Positions 8,628-18,341 of a DNA stretch of 64,000 bases are shown here, one piece after another. The translations under genes were made by a program, and so were the position numbers. The notes below the pieces were generated by a model, which was not told the DNA's origin, did no database searches, and saw only the letters and a program-made list of their open reading frames with translations. Source of the stretch: an uncultured Gammaproteobacteria bacterium (lineage in GTDB: Bacteria > Patescibacteriota > Patescibacteriia > Magasanikbacterales > UBA922). The DNA is taken from contig CAYQNA010000001.1 of NCBI GenBank assembly GCA_964418775.1, forward strand, positions 446 to 64,445, read 5' to 3'. How positions within the stretch are numbered: the first letter of the stretch is position 1; every line of letters begins with the position of its first letter.

Positions 8628-9698
8628 ATGGAACAAAATCCCAGACCAAGCGATGTAAGAGATGCAGCCAAAATTCCGGAAGTTCTTCAACAGTATAAAG
8701 ACAATCCAGAACGTTTGTACGAAGTTCCTGACGATGATTTTTTTAAAAAAATTAGCGACGATCCAGCGGAGCTAGAACACTTCAAAGAGCAGTTTTTAAA
8801 AAAAATGAGCGAATATGCAAAGCGCGAAATGACTTGGTTTGCTTTGGGTTGGCAACTACCACCAGACAAAACCCCCTCAGAAATTGTCGATGTGGCCAAG
8901 GACCGGTTGGATCGGTTGATTCCAATTGTGTTGGACTTAATTAAAGCTGAAGAAAGTCAGTATCGTGACGCTCTTACGGGTGGATATTCGGCAGATGGAA
9001 TTAAACGTCGTTATTATATCGAACGTGACCGGGCAAAAATTAATCATAGCGAGGAAGATCCCAAAGAAACAGTTTTAATAGAATTTGACGTTGACTCGTT
9101 CAAAGGAATCAATGATACCCATGGTCACCACGCTGGAGACTTGATACTAAAGGCGGTGATTGAAAAATTAAGAGCCACATTACGAGCCACCGATGCGATT
9201 GGTCGTCGGAGTGGAGATGAATTTTCGGTTATTTTGAGTCAGGTAAGAAAAGAAGAGGTACAAACGGTATTGCAAAAAATGGTTGCGGCTGTACAAGAAA
9301 TTCTGAACCCAGCCGGGGAGCCAATCTCAGTTACTGGCGGTGCCAGGATTATCGAAGCAACTGAGGAAATTCATTTTGAAAAAGCGAGCGAAGAGGCCGA
9401 TACTGCCGGAGTACATCAAAAAATTGCGAACCCGGGCACAATCGCTTTGTCTTCTACGGATTATTCTTTAGATTTAGACACGGCCGAAAAAAGAGTCGAC
9501 TGGGCTACCAAAGTCGCCAAACGAAAACTCAAACGGTTAATTGATCCGTTTTACGCTCAACTTAGTAAGCCAGATATATTACCCGAGAACAAAAAAAATG
9601 TTGAGCAACAAGTAGATTTGTATGAAACTCACGTACTACCCACTATGGTGCAAATTGAGCTTTTGCAAATCGAGAATGAATACGGCAAGTTATTGTAA
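8628..9698 (+). CDS. GGDEF-domain diguanylate cyclase (SGDEF variant)
   Basis: DALTG, DVDSFKGINDTHGHHAGD, RxxD I-site (RATD) and RSGDEF. Confidence 0.85.
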   Translation: MEQNPRPSDVRDAAKIPEVLQQYKDNPERLYEVPDDDFFKKISDDPAELEHFKEQFLKKMSEYAKREMTWFALGWQLPPDKTPSEIVDVAKDRLDRLIPIVLDLIKAEESQYRDALTGGYSADGIKRRYYIERDRAKINHSEEDPKETVLIEFDVDSFKGINDTHGHHAGDLILKAVIEKLRATLRATDAIGRRSGDEFSVILSQVRKEEVQTVLQKMVAAVQEILNPAGEPISVTGGARIIEATEEIHFEKASEEADTAGVHQKIANPGTIALSSTDYSLDLDTAEKRVDWATKVAKRKLKRLIDPFYAQLSKPDILPENKKNVEQQVDLYETHVLPTMVQIELLQIENEYGKLL

Positions 9699-9708
9699 TA
9701 TCTACGGG

Positions 9709-10950
9709 CTATTCGCGGCGCAAAGCGTCTATTGGATTGAGTTTGCTGGCCGCAGAAGCTGGGTAGAGGCCGAATACTAAACCAATTATTGCCGAAAAAC
9801 CAACAGCCAAGAAAATTGACGAGTAAGTCACCTGGTAAATCCAGGCCAACCCGGCCGCTGTCGCACCTAAGTAAATCAAGAAGGCGAGCGCCGCCCCACC
9901 AATCACCCCAATAACGCCGCCACCAAGTGTGATCAAAACCGCCTCGGCCAAAAATTGATTTAAAATTGCCTCACGACTTGCGCCCAGGGCTTTGCGGAGA
10001 CCAATTTCAAACGTGCGCTCAACCACGGACACATACATAATGTTCATAATCCCAACACCACCAACTACTAGCGAAATACCCACCAACGCGATTAACAAAA
10101 AGGTAATCCCATCCGTAATTGTTATGAGTGAATCCTGGGCCTCGGCCGTGGTGTTGACCGCAAAATCATCAAGGTCAGTGTCGGTAATGTTGTGATTCTC
10201 GCGTATTAACTCGGTGAGTTCAGCCTTAGTTTTCACGGACAAACTACCATCTTTCATGCGCGCGGAAATTGCTTGCACATAATCAATACCGAGCAATTTT
10301 TTTTGCATGGTCTTGGTCGGCAGGGTAATGGTGTTGTCCATGTCAAAGAAAAACGCACTCCCGCGTTCAGCAATTACCCCTACCACTTTAAACGGCTTGC
10401 CACGCACATAAATGGTTTTGCCGGTGGCAGTGTCGTCGCCAAACAATTTTTCTTTGGCAGTCGAACCAAGAACAGCGACATTTAAGAGTGAGTTCTCTTC
10501 TTCTTCGGTAAAAAAGCGCCCCTCGGCCATGTCGAATGGACTTACTAATGGGCTGTCGGCACAATTGCCCATAAGCATTACTTTTTTGAGTTGACCCTGG
10601 TAACTAACCGCCTCTTGGCCATTAACCTGGCCAAATGCTGCCAAAATGTTCGGATGGTTTTGGACAGTTTCGATATCTTCGTCATTCATGGTGGTCACCG
10701 TAAAGCCAACCGGATTGTTACCCGCTCGTTTGCTGGGAATTCTGGTTTCAATATACATGGTGTCTGGCCCGAAGGCATCTAATTGCCCCAGCACAAGTGC
10801 TCGAATTCCTTTGCCCGCTGCCATAATCGTAATGGCTGCGCCAATTCCAATACTAATCGCTAACATGGTCAAAGCCACGCGTCTTTTTTGGCGTTTGAAC
10901 GAACTGACGGCCAAATCAATGGCCGTGGTAAGAGTGTGCCACTTATTCAT
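9709..10950 (-). CDS. MacB/FtsX-family ABC transporter permease
   Basis: LVVGGVGIMNIMYVSVVERTFEIGLRKALGA and GLYPA..A.KLNPIDALR. Confidence 0.92.
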   Translation of the reverse strand: MNKWHTLTTAIDLAVSSFKRQKRRVALTMLAISIGIGAAITIMAAGKGIRALVLGQLDAFGPDTMYIETRIPSKRAGNNPVGFTVTTMNDEDIETVQNHPNILAAFGQVNGQEAVSYQGQLKKVMLMGNCADSPLVSPFDMAEGRFFTEEEENSLLNVAVLGSTAKEKLFGDDTATGKTIYVRGKPFKVVGVIAERGSAFFFDMDNTITLPTKTMQKKLLGIDYVQAISARMKDGSLSVKTKAELTELIRENHNITDTDLDDFAVNTTAEAQDSLITITDGITFLLIALVGISLVVGGVGIMNIMYVSVVERTFEIGLRKALGASREAILNQFLAEAVLITLGGGVIGVIGGAALAFLIYLGATAAGLAWIYQVTYSSIFLAVGFSAIIGLVFGLYPASAASKLNPIDALRRE

Positions 10951-12181
10951 ATCGCAATGCTTCAATCGGACTTAAACGACTGGCGCGCCGAGCTGGATTG
11001 AGTCCAAACAATAAACCAATCGAAATTGAGACTACACAGCCTAGGATTAACGAGAACGGGCTAATTTCCAGGGCCCAATCATAGCCCTGGCTAGTGGCAA
11101 TCCGTGCTACCAAAACAGCGATCAGGACGCCCAGAATAATCCCAATAATACCACCCAACAACGTAATCATTACTGTTTCAACCAAGAACTGCGTGGTAAT
11201 ATCTCGATTAGTGGCCCCCAAGGCTTTGCGCAAACCGATTTCTTTGGTGCGCTCTTCGACTGCGGCCAACATAATGTTCATAATTCCAATACCACCCACC
11301 ACTAACGAAATACTGGCAATGGCTGCTAGGAAAAATTTGAGGGCATCGGTAATTGTGGTTAACACTTCCAGCCCCTGACTGGCAGAGCGTACCGAAAAAT
11401 CATCATTCTCTGGATTATCAATGTTATGACGCTCGCGAAGAATGTCGGCAATATACGCAATACTGGAATCAATGTGTTCTGGGGCCGAAATTTTGAAGCG
11501 CATAAAACTGGCATAATCAATGCCAAGCAATAATTTTTGCGCTGTGGTAAACGGTACAAACACCTGCACGTCTTGGTTTTCAAAACCACTAACCCCGCGC
11601 TCTTCCATTACCCCGATCACTTCAAAGTTCGTGCGTTTAATTTTGACTGTTTTGCCAATCGGGTTGGTGTCAGGGAATAATTCTGCCGCAACCGTGTGTC
11701 CAAGCACGGCCACGCGGGCGAGGCCGCGGTCTTCGTCAGCCGTAAAAAAGCGCCCGTCTGCTACTGTGGCCGACTGTACTTCGGTGTAGCTGGCATTAAC
11801 CCCAACAAACGTGGCGTCCGAAGTGTTGTCGCCTGCAGTCATGGTGTCGGCCCCGCGTACATACGGCGTAAAAGCCACAATGTTGGGATTACCACCGCGC
11901 ATAATGGCCTCGCCATCTTCGTCGGTCAAAGTGGTAACTACGATCCCAAACACCGCCGCAGGTGGGCCATTATCATCGGATTTTCCGGGCAAGACGCCAA
12001 CCAAATTCGAACCCAGGCTAGTAACTTGGCCTAACACCAAACTTTGCGCACCAGCGCCCACGGCCATAATTACGATTACGGACATTACGCCAATGATAAT
12101 TCCGAACATGGTCAAGAACGAGCGCAAACGGTTGCGCGTCAGTAGTTGCCACGCCGATTTAACGTACGCAAGCAAGCGCAT
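10943..12181 (-). CDS. MacB/FtsX-family ABC transporter permease (paralog)
   Basis: RSFLTMFGIIIG, GGIGIMNIM...ERTKEIGLRKALGA, LSPIEALRYE. Confidence 0.92.
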   Translation of the reverse strand: MRLLAYVKSAWQLLTRNRLRSFLTMFGIIIGVMSVIVIMAVGAGAQSLVLGQVTSLGSNLVGVLPGKSDDNGPPAAVFGIVVTTLTDEDGEAIMRGGNPNIVAFTPYVRGADTMTAGDNTSDATFVGVNASYTEVQSATVADGRFFTADEDRGLARVAVLGHTVAAELFPDTNPIGKTVKIKRTNFEVIGVMEERGVSGFENQDVQVFVPFTTAQKLLLGIDYASFMRFKISAPEHIDSSIAYIADILRERHNIDNPENDDFSVRSASQGLEVLTTITDALKFFLAAIASISLVVGGIGIMNIMLAAVEERTKEIGLRKALGATNRDITTQFLVETVMITLLGGIIGIILGVLIAVLVARIATSQGYDWALEISPFSLILGCVVSISIGLLFGLNPARRASRLSPIEALRYE

Positions 12182-12182
12182 A

Positions 12183-12911
12183 TTATTTTTTAAGTTCACC
12201 AGCCGCACTAGCGATGTTGCGATTGCGTACGGCTTCGTCCTTGATAATTACCCCGTCGCGAACCTGAATAATGCGCTTGGCATGTTCGGCAGTATGCATT
12301 TCGTGGGTGACCAGGATAATCGTGTGGCCAGCCTCGTTGAGGTCTTGTAGAATTTTCATTACCTGTGCACCGGACTTGGAGTCAAGGTTACCAGTCGGCT
12401 CGTCAGCAAAAATCACCTCGGGATTATTGATAAGGGCACGTGCAATCGCGACACGTTGTTTCTCACCACCAGACAATTGGTTCGGCGAGTGGTCCAAGCG
12501 GTGCCCAAGCCCAACTGACTCGAGAATTTTTGTGGCCTTGGCCAAGCGGTCACCGTGATCTGCTTTGCTGTATACCAATGGTAGAGCCACATTTTCGCGC
12601 GCCGTCGTGCGAGATAACAAGTTAAAAGCCTGGAACACAAATCCAACTTTGTTACCGCGCATTTCGGCTAACTCGTCATCACTTAATTGACTTACATCAC
12701 GACCCTCGAATTCATAACGACCGGTAGATAGCGTGTCGAGGAAGCCCAAAATATGCATTAAGGTTGATTTACCCGAACCACTTGGCCCCATAATCGACAC
12801 AAATTCACCCTTTTCAATGGCAAAACTCACACCCCGGAGCACTGGGGTAACCACCTCATCGGTCTGATAGTTTTTAACTAAGTCAGTGACTTTAATGAGT
12901 GGTTTAGCCAT
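12183..12911 (-). CDS. ABC transporter ATP-binding protein (MacB/LolD-like)
   Basis: Walker [27 protein letters not shown]. Confidence 0.95.
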   Translation of the reverse strand: MAKPLIKVTDLVKNYQTDEVVTPVLRGVSFAIEKGEFVSIMGPSGSGKSTLMHILGFLDTLSTGRYEFEGRDVSQLSDDELAEMRGNKVGFVFQAFNLLSRTTARENVALPLVYSKADHGDRLAKATKILESVGLGHRLDHSPNQLSGGEKQRVAIARALINNPEVIFADEPTGNLDSKSGAQVMKILQDLNEAGHTIILVTHEMHTAEHAKRIIQVRDGVIIKDEAVRNRNIASAAGELKK

Positions 12912-12912
12912 A

Positions 12913-14706
12913 TTATTTGGCAGGTTCTTTAACACTAATTACTACAACGTCACCTTCGTTTAAGCCAGTGGTAATTTCGGTTTGGCTATTATCACCACGC
13001 AGACCGGTTTTAACATCAACTTCTTTGACTTCACCGTCTTTAAGTACGCGCACAAATTTTCCACTCTCGTCTTCGCGCGTGCGGACTGTGCGTTGTGGTA
13101 CATACAAGACGCCAGTGCGAGTGTCTGCCTTGATGCGGACATTGGCCGTCATACCAGACTGGAAGGTTTCGGCCACACCTGGGGCCACGTCGATACTGAC
13201 TTGGTAATAAACAACATCTTGAATATCAGTTGACTTGCGATCCAGCGAGCTAACTTGACCAGTAAATACACGGTCTTCGCCAAAAGCATCAAGGGTAAAT
13301 TCAGCTGTGGCGTTGAGACCACTGGTTGTACGATTTGCACCATTTGTTAATTTAACAATGTCTGTTTCTGGTACGTCAACCATGATTTTGTAACTTGGCG
13401 AAATCATTTGCACGATTACGTCGCTTGGAGTTACGAGTTCACCTGGTTTTTTACTGATTTTGGCTACGGTACCAGTGCCTGGAGCGCGCAAGATTGCGCG
13501 GTCGCGGCTTGCTACGGCTTGGGCTAAAGCCGCGCGATACGAAGCAACGTCAACAGCGCGTGGGGCTTCCACTTTGCCCGACAAAGTCGCCTGGGCCTGC
13601 AAGTATGTAGCCTCTTTAATTTTTACATTTGACTCAGCGGTTACGCGCGCATCAATTAAATCTTGCTCAGCTTTGGCGAACGCAATTTGGTATGTGGAAT
13701 AACTGTTCTTTGCATCACCTAAAGCTTGGCGCTGGTTAATGCTCGTGGTGTATTGTGCGGCAATTGCCGCACGTGCAGAGGTGATAGTGCCTTTTTGAAC
13801 ATCGAGCGTAGCCTGACTGAAATTAGCGTTTGGATTGGTGTTATTAAGGACAGTGCTGACGTTCGTTAATAAAATATTGACTTGGGTAAGGGCGGTTTCG
13901 GCTGTGACCAAGGCGCGTTCAATATCGGCTTGGGCGCTGCCAGTTGTAATGGTTCGGCCTACGGAGTTTGCAGCTGTTACAGCCTGTCTGGCCAAATAAT
14001 ACGAGGCTTGAGCAGCTGGTACAAGTGAAGAATTGCCCCCGCCAAGGTATGACTCGAATGAGTCGTTGGCAGAACGGTTATCCATACCCAAGATATTGTC
14101 GGCTTGGGTTAAGCCATCGTCGAGTTTGGAAAGTGAGTTCACAACTACGGCCGCAGCATCTTCGTACGCTTGGTTTACAATCTGGCTGTTTGCACCGCCT
14201 TCGGCCAGCTTAAGGTTGTTGCGTGCCGTTTCGAGCGCAGATTCGGCGGTTTTAACTGTGGTCACAGCATCAACCTTGCTTTGGTCATATGCGGCTTTGG
14301 CAGAAGTAACGGCAGCTTCGTAATAGTTGCGGTCTTGGTTGGTGGCCCCGGCAAGTTTTAGTTGCAAGTTCGCACTGGCTTGGGCAACGGCGGCATTTAA
14401 TTCGGCCGAACGGAGCGATGCCAAAATTGTTCCAGTCGTAACTGCCTGGCCTTCGCGCACATTAATTGCCTGCAAGGTGCCGGACAATTCAAAGCGTAGA
14501 GCGACATCATTGGATGACTCCAATTTACCAGTAGCTTCTACGGTTTGAGTTAAATCACCACGTACGACCTTGGCTGTTTCGTACTCTGGTGGCGTGTGGG
14601 CTTTTTTGTAATTGCCATACGCACCATTGGCAACCAAAAGTGCTACTATAATGAGCGGGATGTACACTTTTTTCTTTTTTAAAACTGTGGGAATTTGGAA
14701 TTGCAT
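12913..14706 (-). CDS. Efflux periplasmic adaptor (MacA/HlyD family) with a long coiled coil
   Basis: N-terminal anchor, lipoyl half-motifs (SGTLQAINVREGQAV; APGTGTV), C-terminal VKTGL...EITTGL.EGD. Confidence 0.88.
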   Translation of the reverse strand: MQFQIPTVLKKKKVYIPLIIVALLVANGAYGNYKKAHTPPEYETAKVVRGDLTQTVEATGKLESSNDVALRFELSGTLQAINVREGQAVTTGTILASLRSAELNAAVAQASANLQLKLAGATNQDRNYYEAAVTSAKAAYDQSKVDAVTTVKTAESALETARNNLKLAEGGANSQIVNQAYEDAAAVVVNSLSKLDDGLTQADNILGMDNRSANDSFESYLGGGNSSLVPAAQASYYLARQAVTAANSVGRTITTGSAQADIERALVTAETALTQVNILLTNVSTVLNNTNPNANFSQATLDVQKGTITSARAAIAAQYTTSINQRQALGDAKNSYSTYQIAFAKAEQDLIDARVTAESNVKIKEATYLQAQATLSGKVEAPRAVDVASYRAALAQAVASRDRAILRAPGTGTVAKISKKPGELVTPSDVIVQMISPSYKIMVDVPETDIVKLTNGANRTTSGLNATAEFTLDAFGEDRVFTGQVSSLDRKSTDIQDVVYYQVSIDVAPGVAETFQSGMTANVRIKADTRTGVLYVPQRTVRTREDESGKFVRVLKDGEVKEVDVKTGLRGDNSQTEITTGLNEGDVVVISVKEPAK

Positions 14707-14707
14707 A

Positions 14708-14926
14708 TTATTGGTTAATAGATGCGGTTAGATTTTTAATAAAGGTCTCCATTAGTTTTTTTGGCACGAGCACAATCGCTTCGCCGTTCACGACAACCAT
14801 AAAGGTGTCCCCCTTGTCGAGCTTGAGTTTGGCGCGGACTTCTTTGGGGATCACTATTTGGCCGCGTTCGCCAAGCACGGTTGTGCCGAACAGTTCACCA
14901 TGTTTACGGGGCTTTGTTTTAGGCAT
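14708..14926 (-). CDS. AbrB/MazE/SpoVT-family DNA-binding protein
   Basis: GERGQIVIPKEVRAKLKLDKGD. Confidence 0.9.
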   Translation of the reverse strand: MPKTKPRKHGELFGTTVLGERGQIVIPKEVRAKLKLDKGDTFMVVVNGEAIVLVPKKLMETFIKNLTASINQ

Positions 14927-14938
14927 AAGTCAGAGAAG

Positions 14939-14984
14939 TATGATTTATCATATTTAACATACCATACGCGCGCGGCCCTGTCAA
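14939..14984 (-). promoter_or_regulatory. Promoter and palindromic operator of the AbrB-ABC exporter operon
   Basis: TTGACA-17-TATGTT (14984-14956) and palindrome TATGAT-N2-ATCATA (14939-14952). Confidence 0.6.
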
Positions 14985-15085
14985 CCGGCCAAAATAACAA
15001 AAGCACCCGGTAAGGGTGCCTTTGTCTGCCATACAGTATAGGTTGTTTAAACCTATCTGATTGAAGAGGCCGGTATTGCCTCTTG

Positions 15086-15159
15086 AGCGGTAGACCAGAT
15101 TCGAACTGGCGACCTTCTCCTTGGCAAGGAGACGTTCTAGCCAACTGAACTACTACCGC
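15086..15159 (-). tRNA. tRNA-Gly(GCC)
   Basis: Cloverleaf GCGGTAG...CTACCGCT, anticodon loop TTGCCAA. Confidence 0.95.
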
Positions 15160-15258
15160 GCGGGCTAGTATGGTAAGCCTGCGCGTTCCGCGACAAGACT
15201 TAGTATAGCATAGGTGCGAATTGACCGCAAAGGATTATCCACGGTCTATCCACACTTG

Positions 15259-15332
15259 TTGCGGGGGCCGGATTTGAACCGGCGACCTTTGGGTTATGGG
15301 CCCAACGAGCTGCCTGGCTGCTCTACCCCGCT
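15259..15332 (-). tRNA. Initiator tRNA-fMet(CAT)
   Basis: Anticodon CAT, three G-C pairs at the base of the anticodon stem, unpaired 1:72. Confidence 0.93.
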
Positions 15333-15551
15333 GTCGACCCCGATGGGGCAATGGGAGGAGTATATAGTATCTGCGGTTTTTTTTCAAGGGGGCAAGCTCC
15401 CAACGGAGTGATTTATGGTTTTTTATCTAAATTAAGGCAAAAAACAGTGTAAATACAATGACCGCCACTGCCCAGGAAACAGCAGGTGTTTACTAAGCAG
15501 TCGGACGGTCATTGGCGGCCATGATCGTTCGACGCCCCGCAGGAGTGCGGG

Positions 15552-15638
15552 TCAGAACGTGAGCGCGGCGGCGATAACACCGAGCGCTACGAACGCGCCC
15601 CAGATCCCTGGGACGACTTCCTTGTCGAAAAGCAGCAT
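15552..15638 (-). CDS. 28-aa hydrophobic micro-protein MLLFDKEVVPGIWGAFVALGVIAAALTF (type I toxin-like)
   Basis: AGGAGGAG-N3-ATG, one TM-length hydrophobic stretch, GC3-rich codons, SD inside a 5' hairpin; below the ORF-track cutoff. Confidence 0.65.
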   Translation of the reverse strand: MLLFDKEVVPGIWGAFVALGVIAAALTF

Positions 15639-15772
15639 GGGCTCCTCCTGGTCGCATCATCGCGACCAGAGGTACTCTAATGTAAAAAGAAATCGAACAC
15701 AAGTCTTACCCAAAATTTTGGAAATCGACCGCAGTTTATGTTATCTTAATAAAGTCCTTAATAATTGTTTTT

Positions 15773-16762
15773 ATGAGTCGAGAAGAATTATTGGCCCTAC
15801 GCCACGAAGCCGTGAGTTTAAAACCCCGTGTAGAAGAGTTAAAAAGTCGCGAAATTGAAGGAAAATGGGATAAGCGCGACTTCATGGCTTTGACCGCCAT
15901 GTTTATCGAAGATGCCTGGACCCCGATGCACGCCTGGGCGACCTCGCATGATATGGCATTACCCTACAGTACTACCGCCCATCCTGGAGAATTTTTACCT
16001 GCACCAGCTGACTGGCTCAACAAAGAAAAATACCCAGAAGATATTTTGAAGCAAATTGATTCAGCTCTGCGGAATTTTTGGAATGCGAATCTGAAACAAT
16101 GGGAAAGACAAAAAGAGCAGGACCTGAGTTTAGACGGTGAGTCAGGTGATTTTTCGGATACCCTTATGCGGGACCATTATCAGTGGTTGAAACGCATGAT
16201 TACAGAAGATAGAGAAAGAAGAAATCATCCGATAAAAGACGGGGGTCCGGCTGCACATTTGGCCAGTGGTTTTGGTACGGCTACAAACGTAAATATTAAT
16301 TTTCTGCAAGTTATTCCACACGTGTTCCGTCAGGAACGCCGTAAGTTTATTGGCGGTCAAGAAGCGCTTGCGATTTTTCAGGGTAGTCGTCGATTAATTT
16401 TAACTATGGCTGCCATGGGGATTAACGGTCTCGTTAATCTTGATTTCCTGCTGGGAAAACCCACTACCGAACACAGTGGTTTGGATCGCAACAATTATGA
16501 TCCAAGCAAATTTATTCTTGTTGAGTCTGGTGAAGACGACAATAAGAAAGTTTCTCTTGGTATTAAACCGGAAATAATGAGAGACTTGCGCGAAACAACG
16601 CGTGAAAGGGAAATGACTACTGGATGCCCGGCGCTCGTGGCCAATGGGCCAGACAAGCAAAATGTTGTTATTGCCCACAATGAGTGGATTACTGAGATTG
16701 CTAAAATGCACTACTTTCCATTTTTGGAAAGCATGAAGCGCAAGGCCGCTCTTTTTAAATAG
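15773..16762 (+). CDS. Hypothetical protein
   Basis: 329-aa ORF with a C-terminal TGCPA motif; no family recognised. Confidence 0.7.
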   Translation: MSREELLALRHEAVSLKPRVEELKSREIEGKWDKRDFMALTAMFIEDAWTPMHAWATSHDMALPYSTTAHPGEFLPAPADWLNKEKYPEDILKQIDSALRNFWNANLKQWERQKEQDLSLDGESGDFSDTLMRDHYQWLKRMITEDRERRNHPIKDGGPAAHLASGFGTATNVNINFLQVIPHVFRQERRKFIGGQEALAIFQGSRRLILTMAAMGINGLVNLDFLLGKPTTEHSGLDRNNYDPSKFILVESGEDDNKKVSLGIKPEIMRDLRETTREREMTTGCPALVANGPDKQNVVIAHNEWITEIAKMHYFPFLESMKRKAALFK

Positions 16763-16767
16763 TAGTT

Positions 16768-17430
16768 TTATTTTTTTAAACGTGGTTTAGTAGGTGATTT
16801 TGCGTCTGGTTGGTACAGGAGGATAAGGCTGAGAATGGCCGCAAAGAAACACCATACGGAGGTAAATGTGGCCGAGTGAAAGAACCAAGCGACCATGGCG
16901 CCGACACCAGCGGCAATACTAAAGAATTGAAAAACCGCATGGCGTGAGAAAATACCCGTAATTACCGTGACGCCAATGTACACAAGCATGATAATTGGGA
17001 ACGCGTCGAAGGCAATCGAGTATGGGTAGTACGCGTAGCAAATTGAACTGCCCTGCACAAACGCAGGCAATGGGCGGAGTAAAAACAGACCGTACAAAAT
17101 CAAACCAAGAGTGCCACCGAGGAACCAGACGTAGCGCAATAATTTTTTGGTGCGCGGATTGGTTTCGAGTGACATGGCAACATAAGGAATGTACGCGGGC
17201 CACCAAAAGAATGCGAAAAACAAAAAGATCGACGTGAAGAGCAATGTAAACGCGCTATTTTGGCCAATCGACAACCATAAAAAACCCTCGGCCGCTTGCT
17301 GCACGGCAAATACAATTGGAATCAAAGACAAGGACCATTCACGAGTGTTTTTCTTTTTGCTATACACCACCGCACCCAAAGAACCAAGCGCCGCACTCGC
17401 GACAAAACTCGCCGAAGCAGAGAAGCACAT
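16768..17430 (-). CDS. Multi-pass membrane protein (DUF6629-like)
   Basis: MCFSASASF start, FAVQQAAEGFLW, FTSVWCFFAA. Confidence 0.75.
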   Translation of the reverse strand: MCFSASASFVASAALGSLGAVVYSKKKNTREWSLSLIPIVFAVQQAAEGFLWLSIGQNSAFTLLFTSIFLFFAFFWWPAYIPYVAMSLETNPRTKKLLRYVWFLGGTLGLILYGLFLLRPLPAFVQGSSICYAYYPYSIAFDAFPIIMLVYIGVTVITGIFSRHAVFQFFSIAAGVGAMVAWFFHSATFTSVWCFFAAILSLILLYQPDAKSPTKPRLKK

Positions 17431-17552
17431 AAAAATAAATTGAGAATGTGCTTATTATACAATATCTTTGTGCGTGAAGCAATTGAGACAGATTGCATCT
17501 TTAAAAACTCAATGCTATGCTGAGCCTAACTTTTTATTTTTAAATTTCGAGT

Positions 17553-17975
17553 ATGGAAATAGTAATTAATTATTGGGCTGTGTTGGCCTGTGGTGTGGCA
17601 TCGATGGTGATTGGCGGGATTTGGTATGGACCGCTGTTTGGCAAGTTGTGGATGCGAATTTTGAAGGTCGGCATGACGGACGAAGAGTGCAAAAAGGAAA
17701 TGCAAAAATCCGCTGGGCCACTGTACGCTGTGCAATTTGTGCTGACATTGTTCCAGGCTTACGTGCTCGCACATTACATTGCCGGTTGGCAGGATGCCTC
17801 GGGTATGGAGAATGCATTGTGGATTTGGGCTGCATTCCTAATGCCAACAGTGGCGGGCGCGTCGATGTGGACAAATGATACGACAAAAATTAAGTGGCAG
17901 CGCTTTTTGGTACAAGCCGGGTATCAGCTCGTAAACATGATTGTGTTTGGGTTGATTTTGGGGATGTGGCGCTAG
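17553..17975 (+). CDS. DUF1761-family membrane protein
   Basis: INYWAV...IGGIWYGPLFGKLW; four TM helices. Confidence 0.85.
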   Translation: MEIVINYWAVLACGVASMVIGGIWYGPLFGKLWMRILKVGMTDEECKKEMQKSAGPLYAVQFVLTLFQAYVLAHYIAGWQDASGMENALWIWAAFLMPTVAGASMWTNDTTKIKWQRFLVQAGYQLVNMIVFGLILGMWR

Positions 17976-17994
17976 TCTAAAATTTTTTAAAAAC

Positions 17995-18024
17995 AAAAAA
18001 GCACCACAATCGTGATGCACTTTT
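17995..18024. terminator. Bidirectional intrinsic terminator
   Basis: A-tract, GCACCAC/GTGATGC stem, T-tract, between convergent units. Confidence 0.55.
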
Positions 18025-18161
18025 GCTCTGGAGTGATGGGTACACTCCGGAACTTCCTCGCGTTCTCCTTGTTGACGCGAGAAATGTATGAAGGAACGAA
18101 AACTTCACTCCCAACCCATCAACCAGACCATACGATGCTGGTTGTGGGAGTGAAAACTACG

Positions 18162-18341
18162 TTAGTACTGGCCCTCGGGGTCACGCCACTCCCGTGGATC
18201 TTCTTTTGCCCGCCGGAGTTGAGCTTCGAGCAGCTCCTCTGTCGTCTGGGGGGTGTGCGTTCTCGGCGGCTCGCGCTTTGGCTTGGGAAAGCGCAGCTTT
18301 GGCGCTGGCGCCTTTTTCTCTTCGAGTTTTGGTGTATCCAC
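18162..18341 (-). CDS. 59-aa charged, Pro-rich micro-protein MDTPKLEEKKAPAPKLRFPKPKREPPRTHTPQTTEELLEAQLRRAKEDPREWRDPEGQY
   Basis: GGAG-N6-GTG, promoter TTGACA-17-TATGGT (18433-18405), GC-rich codons, hairpin-rich 3' UTR; below the ORF-track cutoff. Confidence 0.6.
   Translation of the reverse strand: MDTPKLEEKKAPAPKLRFPKPKREPPRTHTPQTTEELLEAQLRRAKEDPREWRDPEGQY

Noticed and set aside
8308-9698. Integrative element at the tRNA cluster (other tRNAs also checked)
   Set aside because: No integrase and no duplicated tRNA 3' end (att site) seen in the window.
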